Positions 19,097 to 29,132 of a DNA stretch of 64,000 nt are shown one piece after another; position 1 is the first letter of the stretch; every line of letters starts with the position of its first letter. The DNA comes from Patescibacteria group bacterium (lineage in GTDB: Bacteria; Patescibacteriota; Minisyncoccia; Phycocordibacterales; SBAW01), in the NCBI GenBank assembly GCA_016176685.1, contig JACOWS010000002.1:30608-94607 (forward strand). The letters run 5' to 3'. The position numbers and the translations under genes were made by a program. The notes beneath the pieces were generated by a model. That model was not told the origin of the DNA, ran no database searches, and saw nothing but the letters and a program-made list of their open reading frames with translations.

Positions 19097-20353
19097 CTAC
19101 TGCCCTGAAAGCCACAGAACGGCCGCGTTTTTTTGCGGATCTTTACCCGCCTTCGCATCTTCTGTAGTGCGGTCCTTTTGTATGTCCGGGGCAAGGCCGC
19201 CGTCCGAGATAGAGGAGCCGTTGGGGGTCAGCCAGCGCGCCACGGTTATCTTAAGCTCCGCTCCGCCCCCCAACTCCAAGAGCTCCTGGACCGAGCCCTT
19301 GCCAAAAGAGCGCGTCCCAATGAGCTTTGCTACCCCGTGCTGCTGCAGCGCCCCGGCCAAAATTTCCGACGCGGAGGCGGACCCTTGGTTGATGAGTATC
19401 GCCATAGAAAGTTTTTTGTTGGCAAAAACATTGTAACCGACGCTCCGGTGCACAATGTTATCGTGGTTGCCCTGATAGTCTTCTGTCACCACCACCTCGC
19501 CAACCGGCAAGAAGAAGCTCGCCATCTGTACCGCCGCCTCGAGGTACCCGCCGGGGTTACCGCGCAGGTCAAGAATCATCCTTGTTGAGCCCGACTCAAA
19601 AAACTCGCGGAGCGCGCCGCGGAACAACTCGGCCGAGTTTGCAGAAAAGCTGTACAGCTCTATAACGAATATCCCGTCGCCACGCGCCTCTGTTTTGATA
19701 GTGGGGATGCTAATAGTGTCGCGCACTATTTTTATAGTGAGCGGCCTTGGTTCTCCCTCCCGCCCGACCGTGAGCGTCACGGCGGTACCTTTTGGCCCGC
19801 GAATGACCCTGACCGCGTCGTCAACGCCAAAACCCTCTGTTGACTTGCCGTCTACCGCCAAAATTATGTCTCCGCTTAGCATTCCAGCGCGTTCGGCCGG
19901 CGAGCCCTTAAGCGGGGCCACTACCACCACCTGGGTATCTTTAAGCCCCAGTTCCATACCTACTCCGCCAAAAGAGCCGTTTATGTCTTCCTGAAATGCC
20001 TGCGCGTCTTGCGGAGGCAAGAACACGGTATACGGGTCGCCGTAGCTTTCGGTCAAACCTTTTATGGCACCAAAAAGACGCTCCTGTGCGGTGGGGAGCG
20101 TGTTTGATGCGTGCGTCACCACATAATTTTCTTGCAACAAGTTCCACGCTAGCCATAGTTGCGCGGCAGGTATGTCGGATGGCTCTGCGTCGTTTGGCCA
20201 AAGAGTGAAGGTGAGTGGCGTCGAGGTCGCCGCCCAAGCGGGCGCGCCATACTGACGCTCAACACCGACATATATCCCCGCCCCAAAGACTACTCCCAAC
20301 ACTAAAAAAACCCCCACGGCCTTAAACCGAGCTCTTCTGTACATCATGTACAC
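19097..20353 (-). CDS. ctpA: Carboxy-terminal processing protease (S41) with PDZ domain
   Basis: DPYT, DLRGNPGG, SASASEI, GKGSVQ. Confidence 0.92.
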   Translation of the reverse strand: MYMMYRRARFKAVGVFLVLGVVFGAGIYVGVERQYGAPAWAATSTPLTFTLWPNDAEPSDIPAAQLWLAWNLLQENYVVTHASNTLPTAQERLFGAIKGLTESYGDPYTVFLPPQDAQAFQEDINGSFGGVGMELGLKDTQVVVVAPLKGSPAERAGMLSGDIILAVDGKSTEGFGVDDAVRVIRGPKGTAVTLTVGREGEPRPLTIKIVRDTISIPTIKTEARGDGIFVIELYSFSANSAELFRGALREFFESGSTRMILDLRGNPGGYLEAAVQMASFFLPVGEVVVTEDYQGNHDNIVHRSVGYNVFANKKLSMAILINQGSASASEILAGALQQHGVAKLIGTRSFGKGSVQELLELGGGAELKITVARWLTPNGSSISDGGLAPDIQKDRTTEDAKAGKDPQKNAAVLWLSGQ

Positions 20354-20412
20354 AGTATATCACACGTCGCGCGCCGGATGCATCTTGCGAGTAGTGTTAT
20401 ACTTATGGCCAT

Positions 20413-21318
20413 ATGCTCACCCGATACACGCGCAGTAATGTGGCGTGGATAGACCTGGTTGCCCCGACCCCAGGCGAAGTACGTCCGCTGATGCATGAGT
20501 TTGGCATTGATCCGCTCTTTGCAGAAGAGCTGCTCCTGCCGTCATTTAAGCCGAAAGTAGAGAGGCGCGGCGACATTATATATGTCATCCTGCACTTCCC
20601 TACCTTGGGCGGCCACCGGCCGGAACAGGAGATAGATTTTGTTATAGGTAAAAACTTTCTTATCACCACCCACTACGAAAATATCGACCCTCTCCACTCC
20701 TTTGCGCAAGTATTTGAGGTCGACTCGGTGTTAGGGCGCGAAGGTGCCGCCAGTCACGGCGGACACCTTTTTGCCTTCATGGCTCAAAACCTATACCGCG
20801 CGCTCGGGCTCGAGTGTGAGGCGGTTGGCAGGCACCTCAAAGAAATAGAGGAGCGCATTTTTAACGGCGACGAGAAAAAAATGGTGGTTGAACTCTCGCA
20901 GGCGGGGCGCACGATACACGACTTTCGCCAGGCGCTTGCTCCTCACCAAGAAATGCTTTCCTCGCTGGAGCCCGTTGCGACGCGTCTGTTTGGCGCGGAG
21001 TTTTCCTACCATGTGCGCACCGTCTTTGGCGCCTGGGAGCGGGTTGAGCACACGCTTGCCCGCCTGCGCGACTCGCTTAAAGAACTGCGCGAGACTAACA
21101 ATTCGCTCCTTTCCACCAAGCAAAACGAGATCATGAAGACGCTTACCATCATGGCGTTCGTGACCTTCCCGCTGACCCTCATTTCAAGCGTCTTCGGAAT
21201 GAATACGCGCTACCTCCCCATTGTCGGCTACCCGGGCGACTTTTGGATCGTCACGGGACTCATGCTCACACTCGCGGTATCTTTCTTCATTTTCTTTAAA
21301 CACAAAAAATGGTTATAG
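20413..21318 (+). CDS. corA: CorA-family divalent cation transporter
   Basis: NEIMKTLT, GMN motif, two C-terminal TM helices. Confidence 0.88.
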   Translation: MLTRYTRSNVAWIDLVAPTPGEVRPLMHEFGIDPLFAEELLLPSFKPKVERRGDIIYVILHFPTLGGHRPEQEIDFVIGKNFLITTHYENIDPLHSFAQVFEVDSVLGREGAASHGGHLFAFMAQNLYRALGLECEAVGRHLKEIEERIFNGDEKKMVVELSQAGRTIHDFRQALAPHQEMLSSLEPVATRLFGAEFSYHVRTVFGAWERVEHTLARLRDSLKELRETNNSLLSTKQNEIMKTLTIMAFVTFPLTLISSVFGMNTRYLPIVGYPGDFWIVTGLMLTLAVSFFIFFKHKKWL

Positions 21319-21327
21319 TTCTTCCGT

Positions 21328-22797
21328 ATGGGATTACTTTCTTTTTTTTACAAATCACCTCCTAAAGACCTGCCTCCTCTGCGTTTTTACAACACTCTTT
21401 CAGGAAAAGTAGAGGACTTTGTGCCGCTTTCCGGCCCCTCGGCCATGCCCGGCCTACGGGCGAGGCGAACGGTCAAAATGTATAACTGCGGCCCCACCGT
21501 GTACGATGAACAACATATAGGCAACCTGTTTGCGGCGATCTTGCCGGACACCTTGAGGCGAGCGTTGGAGGCGTGGGGATACAAGGTGCAACAGGTTATA
21601 AATATAACCGACTTTGGACACTTAACCGGAGACAACGAGGGAGACCCTGACCTGGGCGAAGACAAAATGTCCAAAGGGCTGAAGCGAGAGGGGCTTACCC
21701 CGACGCTTGAGAACATGCGGGCCCTCGCAGAAAAATATGCCGCACTATATATTGCAGACCTTTCCTCCTTGGGGGTACCCATTGCGAAGATACGCTTTCC
21801 CCGGGCGAGCGACTACATAGAAGAGCAGGCCGCTATTATCAAAAGCCTGGCGCAAAAAGGGTACGCCTATAAAACAAGTGACGGAATGTATTTTGACACT
21901 GCAAAATTTAAGGAGTACGGCGCATTGGGGTCTATAAACCTATCCGGCCAAAGAGAAGCGGCGCGAGTGGAGGTAAATCCGGAAAAACACAACCCTCGAG
22001 ACTTTGCTCTTTGGAAGTTCGACAAAAAACTCGGCTGGAAGTCGCCTTGGGGGTTGGGGTTTCCCGGCTGGCACATCGAGTGTACCGCGATGATATTTAC
22101 GCTTCTTGGCAAACAAATAGACATACACACCGGGGGCATTGAGCATATCCCCATACATCACAACAACGAGATAGCGCAGGCCGAGTCGGCTACGGGCAAA
22201 AAGTACGCCAAATACTGGCTCCACAATGAGCACATTACCATAGAGGGCAAAAAAGTCTCAAAATCCCTCGGCAATACCATATACTTGCGCCAAATAGTCG
22301 ACCGCGGTTACTCGCCGCGCGCGTTTCGCTATTGGGTCTTAACCGGCCACTACCGAACCCCGATGAACTTTACTTGGGAGGCAATCGATGGTGCCGACCA
22401 GACACTCAAACGGCTTACGCGCCATTTCTTGGAAGCTCCAGCCGCGCCTCCCCCAGCTTCTTTTCTCGCAGAGTTCTACGCCGCTATCGGAAACGACCTT
22501 AACACCGCGCAAGGGCTCGCGCTGGTGTGGAAAAACATAAAGACCCTTAACAAAAAAACTTTGCGCGAGGTAGACCAGGTGCTTGGGTTGGGTTTTAGCG
22601 ACTCACAAACGGCGGCCAAGCTTAGTGTGGTTGAAGAGAGCGAGCTCCCCGCTGAAGTGCAAAAATTGGTGGCACATCGCGAGGAGGCGCGGCTGGCCAA
22701 GGATTTTGCCAAGGCAGACGAACTGCGGAGCAATATCGAACAGGCGGGCTACATTGTCAAAGACACCGAGGATGGCCCCAAACTTACACAAAAATAA
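21328..22797 (+). CDS. cysS: Cysteinyl-tRNA synthetase
   Basis: CGPTVY, HIGN, DFALWK, PGWHIEC, KVSKS. Confidence 0.96.
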   Translation: MGLLSFFYKSPPKDLPPLRFYNTLSGKVEDFVPLSGPSAMPGLRARRTVKMYNCGPTVYDEQHIGNLFAAILPDTLRRALEAWGYKVQQVINITDFGHLTGDNEGDPDLGEDKMSKGLKREGLTPTLENMRALAEKYAALYIADLSSLGVPIAKIRFPRASDYIEEQAAIIKSLAQKGYAYKTSDGMYFDTAKFKEYGALGSINLSGQREAARVEVNPEKHNPRDFALWKFDKKLGWKSPWGLGFPGWHIECTAMIFTLLGKQIDIHTGGIEHIPIHHNNEIAQAESATGKKYAKYWLHNEHITIEGKKVSKSLGNTIYLRQIVDRGYSPRAFRYWVLTGHYRTPMNFTWEAIDGADQTLKRLTRHFLEAPAAPPPASFLAEFYAAIGNDLNTAQGLALVWKNIKTLNKKTLREVDQVLGLGFSDSQTAAKLSVVEESELPAEVQKLVAHREEARLAKDFAKADELRSNIEQAGYIVKDTEDGPKLTQK

Positions 22798-22802
22798 CAA
22801 AT

Positions 22803-22827
22803 CTCCGCAAGGTTCGACCTTGCGGAG
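22803..22827. repeat. Perfect 11-bp hairpin after cysS
   Basis: ctccgcaaggt-tcg-accttgcggag; no U-tract. Confidence 0.75.
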
Positions 22828-22918
22828 TGGCTATCCACTGTTTGTCCACCTAATACACAAGAAAAAAGAAAAAACGCCACTTTCCGCACCGTCACAAACA
22901 GAGTACTCTTGAGACACT

Positions 22919-24319
22919 ATGGCGGCTAACCCTTCGAAATCTTTCAGGGCAGGAAAAGCCGACCCTCTGCGCACACCGCCAAACTCCACCGAGTCGGAGA
23001 AGGCTTTTCTCGGTGCGCTCATGATACGCCCCGACGGAATGTTGGAATCTATAGACGTCATCTCGCCGGATGCTTTTTACAGCGAAAAGCATCGCATCAT
23101 TTATCGCGCAATGCTCGGACTCTACGGCAAAAACGAGCCGATAGATATCGAGAGCGTTCGCGCGCACCTTGCCGACCAAAAACAGCTCGAGGGGGTGGGC
23201 GGTGTCCCCTACCTGGCAAGCCTGGTTAGCGACGTGCCGGCGGCAAGCAACGCAAAGCACTACGCTAGTGTGGTGCAAAAAAAGTATATGTTGCGCGGCT
23301 TGATAGACGCGGGCGAGTATGTGGCGGAGCTTGGCTGGAGAGAAGGAGAGGAGCTCGAAGAGGTGCTCGACAAGGCGGAAAAGCGCGTGTACGAAGTCAC
23401 CGCAAGCCCGACCCTTTCCAAATTTACGCCGCTGCGCGACTCTCTGCACGAGGCGTGGACCAGACTCGAGTACCTGCAGGAAAATCACGACCAATTGCGC
23501 GGTGCGCGCACCGGCTTTAAGGAGCTCGATTCTTTACTTGCCGGTTTCCAAAACTCCGACCTGATAATCCTCGCCGCGAGGCCCTCCATGGGCAAAACAG
23601 CGCTCGCCCTCGACATTGCGCGGCAGTCTGCCGTGCATCACAAAACGGTAGTGGGTATCTTCTCTCTTGAAATGAGCTCTCAACAGCTAGTGGACCGCAT
23701 GGTATCGGCCGAGGCCAAGGTAGACTCCTGGGGCCTGCGCACCGGCCGCATCAAAGATGAGGGCGATTTTGCCCGCATCCGCGACGCGTACGACCGCCTT
23801 TCTCAAGCGCCGATATTTATAGACGACCAGCCGGGCAACAATATCCTCAAAATGCGCGCGGTGGCGCGGCGGCTCAAGCGCGAAAATGGGCTCGGACTGC
23901 TCATCGTCGACTATCTGCAGCTTATGGTCCCCACCAACGCACGTTCATCGGACAACCTGGTGCAGCAGGTGACCGAAATTTCCCGCTCGCTCAAGATTCT
24001 GGCGCGAGAACTCAATGTGCCGGTGTTAGCGCTCTCGCAGCTTTCCCGTGCGGTAGAGCAGCGTCGCGGCAAGCCGCGCCTATCGGACCTGCGCGATTCC
24101 GGCTCCATAGAGCAAGATGCCGATGTGGTTATGTTTATCCACCGAGACGACAAAATAAATGAAAATTCCGAACGCCCAAATATCGCGGAGATTCTGGTGG
24201 AAAAGCACCGGAACGGCCCCGTGGGCAAAGTAGAGTTGTATTTTGACGACAAGAGAACTACCTTCCTTTCCATAGACAAAAGCGACTTCGGCGTGTTTGA
24301 AACCGCCGCTCCTTTTTAG
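22919..24319 (+). CDS. dnaB: Replicative DNA helicase
   Basis: ARPSMGKT, FSLEM, VDYLQL, LSQLSR, DLRDSGSIEQDAD; no intein. Confidence 0.97.
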   Translation: MAANPSKSFRAGKADPLRTPPNSTESEKAFLGALMIRPDGMLESIDVISPDAFYSEKHRIIYRAMLGLYGKNEPIDIESVRAHLADQKQLEGVGGVPYLASLVSDVPAASNAKHYASVVQKKYMLRGLIDAGEYVAELGWREGEELEEVLDKAEKRVYEVTASPTLSKFTPLRDSLHEAWTRLEYLQENHDQLRGARTGFKELDSLLAGFQNSDLIILAARPSMGKTALALDIARQSAVHHKTVVGIFSLEMSSQQLVDRMVSAEAKVDSWGLRTGRIKDEGDFARIRDAYDRLSQAPIFIDDQPGNNILKMRAVARRLKRENGLGLLIVDYLQLMVPTNARSSDNLVQQVTEISRSLKILARELNVPVLALSQLSRAVEQRRGKPRLSDLRDSGSIEQDADVVMFIHRDDKINENSERPNIAEILVEKHRNGPVGKVELYFDDKRTTFLSIDKSDFGVFETAAPF

Positions 24320-24325
24320 TTGCGT

Positions 24326-24943
24326 ATGAACCCGCTTGAGCGCCTAACCAAAAACTTTGAACGGTTCCCCGGCATTGGCCCCCGGCAGGCAAGACGCTTT
24401 GTGCAGTTTTTACTTGTACAGCAGGGCGCCTATCGCACGGCGCTCGCCGACGACATCAAACGTCTCGGGGCAAACTCCTTCCAGTGCAAAAAATGTTTTC
24501 GGTGGTCGGTTAAAAACGGCAGCTCGCACGCCGTGTGTACTATATGTAGAGATGCTCACCGTGAGACCGGGCTTTTATGTGTGGTGGAAAAAGACGCCGA
24601 CCTCGACAACGTCGAGCGCAGCGGCTTTAAGGGTCTCTACTTTGTTTTGGGAGGGACCATACCTCTCGCCGCCGAAGAGCCAGAGGCCCATGTCCGCGCA
24701 CGAGAGTGTATAATGCGCATAGAGGAAGACGGCACTAAGGGTGTGTTAAAGGAGGTTATTTTGGGCCTCTCCGCCACCACCCTAGGCGACCACACCAGGG
24801 GCTTCCTACAAGAAAAGATACTGCCTATAGCGCAAGCGCTCAATTTTAAAATTACATCACTGGGTCGCGGGCTCTCAACCGGCTCGGAGCTGGAATATGC
24901 CGACCCGGACACCATCGCCAGCGCATTATCCTCTAGATACTAG
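24326..24943 (+). CDS. recR: Recombination mediator RecR
   Basis: PGIGPRQA HhH, C4 zinc finger, CVVE, YFVLGG, ELEYAD. Confidence 0.95.
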   Translation: MNPLERLTKNFERFPGIGPRQARRFVQFLLVQQGAYRTALADDIKRLGANSFQCKKCFRWSVKNGSSHAVCTICRDAHRETGLLCVVEKDADLDNVERSGFKGLYFVLGGTIPLAAEEPEAHVRARECIMRIEEDGTKGVLKEVILGLSATTLGDHTRGFLQEKILPIAQALNFKITSLGRGLSTGSELEYADPDTIASALSSRY

Positions 24944-25020
24944 AGAAACAAAAAAGTCCTTTGTACAGGAGTAGGGCTCCCGTTCATCTCTCCGGAACAA
25001 AGGACTTTTTTGTTTCTCTA
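24941..25020. repeat. Palindromic element family 2, copy G (31-bp arms); probable bidirectional terminator
   Basis: Loop TAGGGCTCCCGTTCATCT; ends coincide with the TAG stops of recR and rplU. Confidence 0.88.
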
Positions 25021-25359
25021 CGCAATCTTTGTTATCTTTACCTCAAAAAAGGGCTGGCGGTGGCCGCGTTTTTTAAAATAGTTGGACTTTGCTTTGTACT
25101 TGATAACCACCACCTTCTTGGCGCGGTCTATTTTTTGTATCTCTGCCGAAACCTTAGCCCCCGCAATGTAAGGCGTCCCCAAGGTGGTGTCTTTTCCATT
25201 GTCTACCACTAGCACCTTGTCAAAAGTTACCGCGTCGCCAATCGCGTAAGCTCCCTGCTCCGGGCTTGCAGGAGCAAGCTTCTCTATTTTGAGGGTGTCA
25301 CCCTGGGATACCATATACTGTTTCCCGCCGGTTTCTATGATGGCAAACTCCTTTTGCAT
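25018..25359 (-). CDS. rplU: 50S ribosomal protein L21
   Basis: FAIIETGGKQY, KKRGHRQPF. Confidence 0.96.
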   Translation of the reverse strand: MQKEFAIIETGGKQYMVSQGDTLKIEKLAPASPEQGAYAIGDAVTFDKVLVVDNGKDTTLGTPYIAGAKVSAEIQKIDRAKKVVVIKYKAKSNYFKKRGHRQPFFEVKITKIA

Positions 25360-25406
25360 GAGCGCTACTATAGCGCAAAAAAACCAGTAATACAAGGTCA
25401 GACTGG

Positions 25407-25490
25407 ATGAGAATCCGCAGCCATTTTGGATGGTAAGACTTGGGTCTTTAGCGGCCCGGAGCGCCATCCAAAATGGCTGCGGATTCTCAT
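25407..25490 (+). repeat. Palindromic element family 1, copy C (perfect 27-bp arms, 30-nt loop)
   Basis: atgagaatccgcagccattttggatgg / TAAGACTTGGGTCTTTAGCGGCCCGGAGCG / ccatccaaaatggctgcggattctcat. Confidence 0.93.
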
Positions 25491-25496
25491 ATTGTA

Positions 25497-26600
25497 TTAC
25501 TCCTTCCCTTCCAACTCCGGTTTTTCAACCCCCTCAAGCTCAAAGCCGATCGCCTCGCCGGTGATTTTTAATACGTCTTTATCAATCTTCCCCAGCTCGC
25601 GGCTCCCGCCGTTGTAGTGGTTTATCGTGGTCGAGAGCGAGGCCCCAAGCCGTTTGTAGATATCTTCATACGCCTTCATATGGCGCGAAAGCGCCTCAAC
25701 ATTTTTAGCAATGTCCTTTGCCGCCTCTTCTATCTTAAAGGCCTTAAATCCGTACAGCACCGACTGCAAATAGGCGGCGAAGGTAGTGGGCGAGACAATT
25801 ATCACCTTTTTTTCGTTGTAGGCGTAGTCTATAAGGTTGCGCGTGTTTACCTTAACCGCCCCCACCTCATTTATCAAAAGGTCGTAGTAAATGGCCTCTG
25901 CCGGAATATACATAAAAGCAAACGGCAGTGTGCCGTCTTTGGGCCGCACGTACTTGGCGCTCTCGTCGATACGCGTCTTGAGGTCGTTTTTAAACTGCTT
26001 TTCTAGCTCCTCGCGCTGGGTCTGATCTATCGCATTCACCAGCCGGTTGTAGTTTTCTAAGCTAAACTTGGCATCAACCGGTATGACCCCCTCTTTGGTC
26101 ATAATTACCGCATCCACCGTCTCCCCGCCCGGAAATTCATACTGCATTTTGTAGGCGGTGGGCGGTAAAATGTTGCCCAAAATGAGCTCGAGCGACGCTT
26201 CGCCCAAGTTGCCGCGCTGTTTTTGGTGCGTGAGCACTTTTTCCAGATTTTGCAGCTGCTCGGCCAGGGTAAACACCTGCTTGTTGGACTCCTTCGTTTC
26301 GGCAACGCCCTTAGTTACCTCGAGCAGCTGCTCGGAGACCTGCTTGGTGATGTTGCTCATCAGCCGCTCGGCCTGCTCGGACTGCGTCTTCATGCTTTCA
26401 AACATTCGGTCGGAGCCCTCGCCAAGCTTGTTCTCCACCACCCGAGAAAGGTCTTGCAGCTGGTTTTGCAGGAGCATAAGCCCTTGGCTGTCGGCCAGAG
26501 CGTCCTGTGCGGGACCTGTGGAGCCGCGCCTCCACAACAGATACATAGTCGCTATGTTGCCAAGCACGAGGAACACCAGTAGCAGTATGAGCGGATCCAT
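25497..26600 (-). CDS. rmuC: DNA recombination protein RmuC
   Basis: N-terminal TM, coiled coil, RGNLGE, VDAKF, MYIPAEAIY, VSPTT. Confidence 0.92.
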   Translation of the reverse strand: MDPLILLLVFLVLGNIATMYLLWRRGSTGPAQDALADSQGLMLLQNQLQDLSRVVENKLGEGSDRMFESMKTQSEQAERLMSNITKQVSEQLLEVTKGVAETKESNKQVFTLAEQLQNLEKVLTHQKQRGNLGEASLELILGNILPPTAYKMQYEFPGGETVDAVIMTKEGVIPVDAKFSLENYNRLVNAIDQTQREELEKQFKNDLKTRIDESAKYVRPKDGTLPFAFMYIPAEAIYYDLLINEVGAVKVNTRNLIDYAYNEKKVIIVSPTTFAAYLQSVLYGFKAFKIEEAAKDIAKNVEALSRHMKAYEDIYKRLGASLSTTINHYNGGSRELGKIDKDVLKITGEAIGFELEGVEKPELEGKE

Positions 26601-26646
26601 ACTCCCAGTGTATCACGACGCGTTTTTTTGCTATACTTTTTTGCAT

Positions 26647-27099
26647 ATGACACACCTGGAGTTGAAGGAGGCCATCAAAACCACCATGAAGGCAAAAGAC
26701 ACTGTGCGGCTCGGGGTCTTGCGCGGGCTCTCTGCCGCGGCCGTGAACGACTTGGTGGCCAAAAGCCGTAAGCCGGACGAAATGCTAACCGAAGAGGAGT
26801 TGATGACGGTTATCATGCGTGCGGCCAAACAGCGCAAAGACTCGATAGAGCAGTTTGAGAAGGGCGGCCGGCCCGAGCTTGCACAGGGCGAGCGGGCGGA
26901 GCTTGTAATACTCCAAGCACTCCTCCCCTCCCAGCTCTCGCGCGAGGAGATAGAAAAAGCGGTAAAAGAGAAAGCCACCACGCTTGGAGTAACTGACAAA
27001 AGCGGTGCCAATAAGCTCATGGGTATGCTAATGAAAGACCTCAAGGGCAAGGCCGACGGCACGGTAGTTAAGGAAGTCGTTGATTCCCTCTTTTCCTAA
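26647..27099 (+). CDS. GatB/YqeY domain protein
   Basis: MKAKD..RL, KQRKDSIEQFEKGGRPELA, KGKADG. Confidence 0.92.
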   Translation: MTHLELKEAIKTTMKAKDTVRLGVLRGLSAAAVNDLVAKSRKPDEMLTEEELMTVIMRAAKQRKDSIEQFEKGGRPELAQGERAELVILQALLPSQLSREEIEKAVKEKATTLGVTDKSGANKLMGMLMKDLKGKADGTVVKEVVDSLFS

Positions 27100-27225
27100 A
27101 GTTGGACTTACGAAGTCCAACTTTGGGGACAAATGGCTTGACAAACAAGCAAAAATCTGCATAATCTGTAACGGAAGTGTTGCGTTCCTACCAATCCTAA
27201 AGTTGGACTTACGAAGTCCTACTTT
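27094..27225. repeat. Two copies of palindrome family 4 (GGACTTACGAAGTCC core) flanking a promoter
   Basis: tcctaaagttggacttacgaagtcc at 27094 and 27195. Confidence 0.88.
27138..27165 (+). promoter_or_regulatory. Sigma70-type promoter
   Basis: TTGACA-N16-CATAAT. Confidence 0.65.
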
Positions 27226-27250
27226 CCAATATAGGCGCGAGGAGGCGCAA

Positions 27251-27442
27251 ATGCTCAAATACACACGATGGGAAAAAACAGCCCCACTTCCGTGGGCCTC
27301 TGGCCTGCCGATGAGGCCGGGCGAAACGTCGCGGCGCACACCGGCCCAATCGCTGGCCGACGCCGAAAAGCTCGCGGCAGAAAAACAACGTGCGCGCCTG
27401 CGCGAGCAAGCTCGCAGGCTCGGGGAGAAGTTCGATGAATAA
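27251..27442 (+). CDS. Small hypothetical protein (63 aa)
   Basis: SD GAGGAGG before ATG; overlaps the start of the next ORF. Confidence 0.55.
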   Translation: MLKYTRWEKTAPLPWASGLPMRPGETSRRTPAQSLADAEKLAAEKQRARLREQARRLGEKFDE

Positions 27443-27779
27443 TATCCCCTTCTCCCCAAATGACGGGGTCCTGCGCTTCAACCTTCTTTCTGGCGATAAG
27501 CTTCGCCAGGCGGAAGAAGAGTGCGCAGGCGTCGTTCGTGTAATCGCCGCGGGGCGATACACTGCGCGGCTGCGGGTTGGTGAGGAGGTGTGGAAGTTTT
27601 TTCTCACCGACGACCCGAGCGTCGAGTTCGCCGCTAGCGGCGGCGATGCAAACTGCGACGACCTGCTGCGCCGCCTGGCTTTCCATCGCGCCGCCGAGGT
27701 GATGCTGGCTCTGCGCCAGGGACACAAGGAGGCCGTGCTCAGCCGCCAGCAAAAAAAACTGGCCAAGGAACCCGCGTAG
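27435..27779 (+). CDS. Hypothetical protein
   Basis: ATG overlapping the upstream ORF end; followed by a terminator hairpin. Confidence 0.6.
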   Translation: MNNIPFSPNDGVLRFNLLSGDKLRQAEEECAGVVRVIAAGRYTARLRVGEEVWKFFLTDDPSVEFAASGGDANCDDLLRRLAFHRAAEVMLALRQGHKEAVLSRQQKKLAKEPA

Positions 27780-27787
27780 CAAGTTTC

Positions 27788-27819
27788 AAGGGCGGACGTC
27801 TTTCAGACGTCCGCCCTTT
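27788..27819 (+). terminator. Intrinsic terminator
   Basis: aagggcggacgtct-ttc-agacgtccgcccttt. Confidence 0.7.
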
Positions 27820-27908
27820 CCTATATATCTAAATACAGTAAAAAACTCCCAAACGCATTAACTTTAAGCTATAGCGTAGAGTTAATGCGTTTACTAATGA
27901 ACTAATGA

Positions 27909-29078
27909 CTAGCGGAGGTATTTTTTGTTTTTGAGTTTGTCGGGCAGGTAGGACTCCTTTTCGCCCGCGGGTGGATATTTTTCATACCCCTCGCCGTATT
28001 TCAACTCTTTCATCAGTTTGGTTGGTGCATTGCGTATTTTGAGCGGCACCGGGAGGTTGCCAAACGCCGCCACGTCCGCCTGCGCCGCGGTGAGTGCGTC
28101 GTACGCGCGCCTATCTTTTTTAGAGCCCGAAAGGTACGCCACCCCGTGTGCCAAGTTTATGGCACACTCCGGGTAGCCGATTTTATTGCACGCTTCAAAC
28201 ACCGCATTGGCCACCACGAGCGCGGTCGGCACTGCCAACCCCACGTCCTCGCTCGCAAATATAACCATACGCCGCGCGATAAACAGCGGGTCCTCCCCCG
28301 CCTCGACCATCCTCGCCAGGTAGTAGAGCGCAGCATCCGCTTGCCCTGCCCGCATCGACTTAATAAACGCGCTAATGGTGTTGTAGTGCTCCTCGCCCTT
28401 TTTGTCGTAGCGCAAGTTTTTGCTCTGTATAGTCTCCTTGAGCGTCTCTATAGATATCTTGCCGTACAGTTTTTGCGCGTTCTCAAGCACGGTTATGGCT
28501 TGCCGCGCGTCTCCCTGCGCCATCTGCACGAGCCAGTTCCTCGCTTCGTTCGGGATTTTCAATCTCGTGCGTTTGATAATTATCTTCATGTCTTTCTCGG
28601 ACAGTTCGTTTAACACAAACACACGGCAACGAGAAAGGAGGGCTGAAATGATTTCAAAACTGGGGTTCTCGGTCGTGGCGCCAATGAGAGTCAGGTCACC
28701 GCGCTCGACATACGGCAGTAAAAAATCCTGCTGCGCTTTGTTAAAGCGGTGTATCTCGTCTATAAAAAGTATTTTTGGCTTGCCGATTTGCAGTTGCCCG
28801 CGCTTCCCTACTATTTTTTTGATGTCCTCCTTGCCGGAGTCTACCGCCGAAAGTTCGTGGAACTCCGCATCAAGCGCGTTGGCGTAGATGCGCGCGAGCG
28901 TTGTTTTGCCGCTACCCGGCGGCCCCCAAAGGATAAAGGAAAAAAGGTGCTTGTTTTTAATAGCTTCCCACAGCGGACCGCCTCGGCCTAAACTCGTCGA
29001 AGACTCCCCTACCAAATGTTCTTGGCCGGAAAATTCCTTGAGACTCTTGGGGCGTATTTGTGATGCCAACGGCTCCAT
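27909..29078 (-). CDS. rarA: Replication-associated recombination protein A
   Basis: GPPGSGKTT, DEIHRFNKAQQD, GATTENP, SAFIKSMR, ASEDVG. Confidence 0.95.
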   Translation of the reverse strand: MEPLASQIRPKSLKEFSGQEHLVGESSTSLGRGGPLWEAIKNKHLFSFILWGPPGSGKTTLARIYANALDAEFHELSAVDSGKEDIKKIVGKRGQLQIGKPKILFIDEIHRFNKAQQDFLLPYVERGDLTLIGATTENPSFEIISALLSRCRVFVLNELSEKDMKIIIKRTRLKIPNEARNWLVQMAQGDARQAITVLENAQKLYGKISIETLKETIQSKNLRYDKKGEEHYNTISAFIKSMRAGQADAALYYLARMVEAGEDPLFIARRMVIFASEDVGLAVPTALVVANAVFEACNKIGYPECAINLAHGVAYLSGSKKDRRAYDALTAAQADVAAFGNLPVPLKIRNAPTKLMKELKYGEGYEKYPPAGEKESYLPDKLKNKKYLR

Positions 29079-29132
29079 ACCAAGCCAGTATAACCGCTTG
29101 GCATATGCTATGCGATAGTACTTTAAAATTGG

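Noticed and set aside
22919-24319. Intein in DnaB
   Set aside because: Normal length with contiguous motifs.
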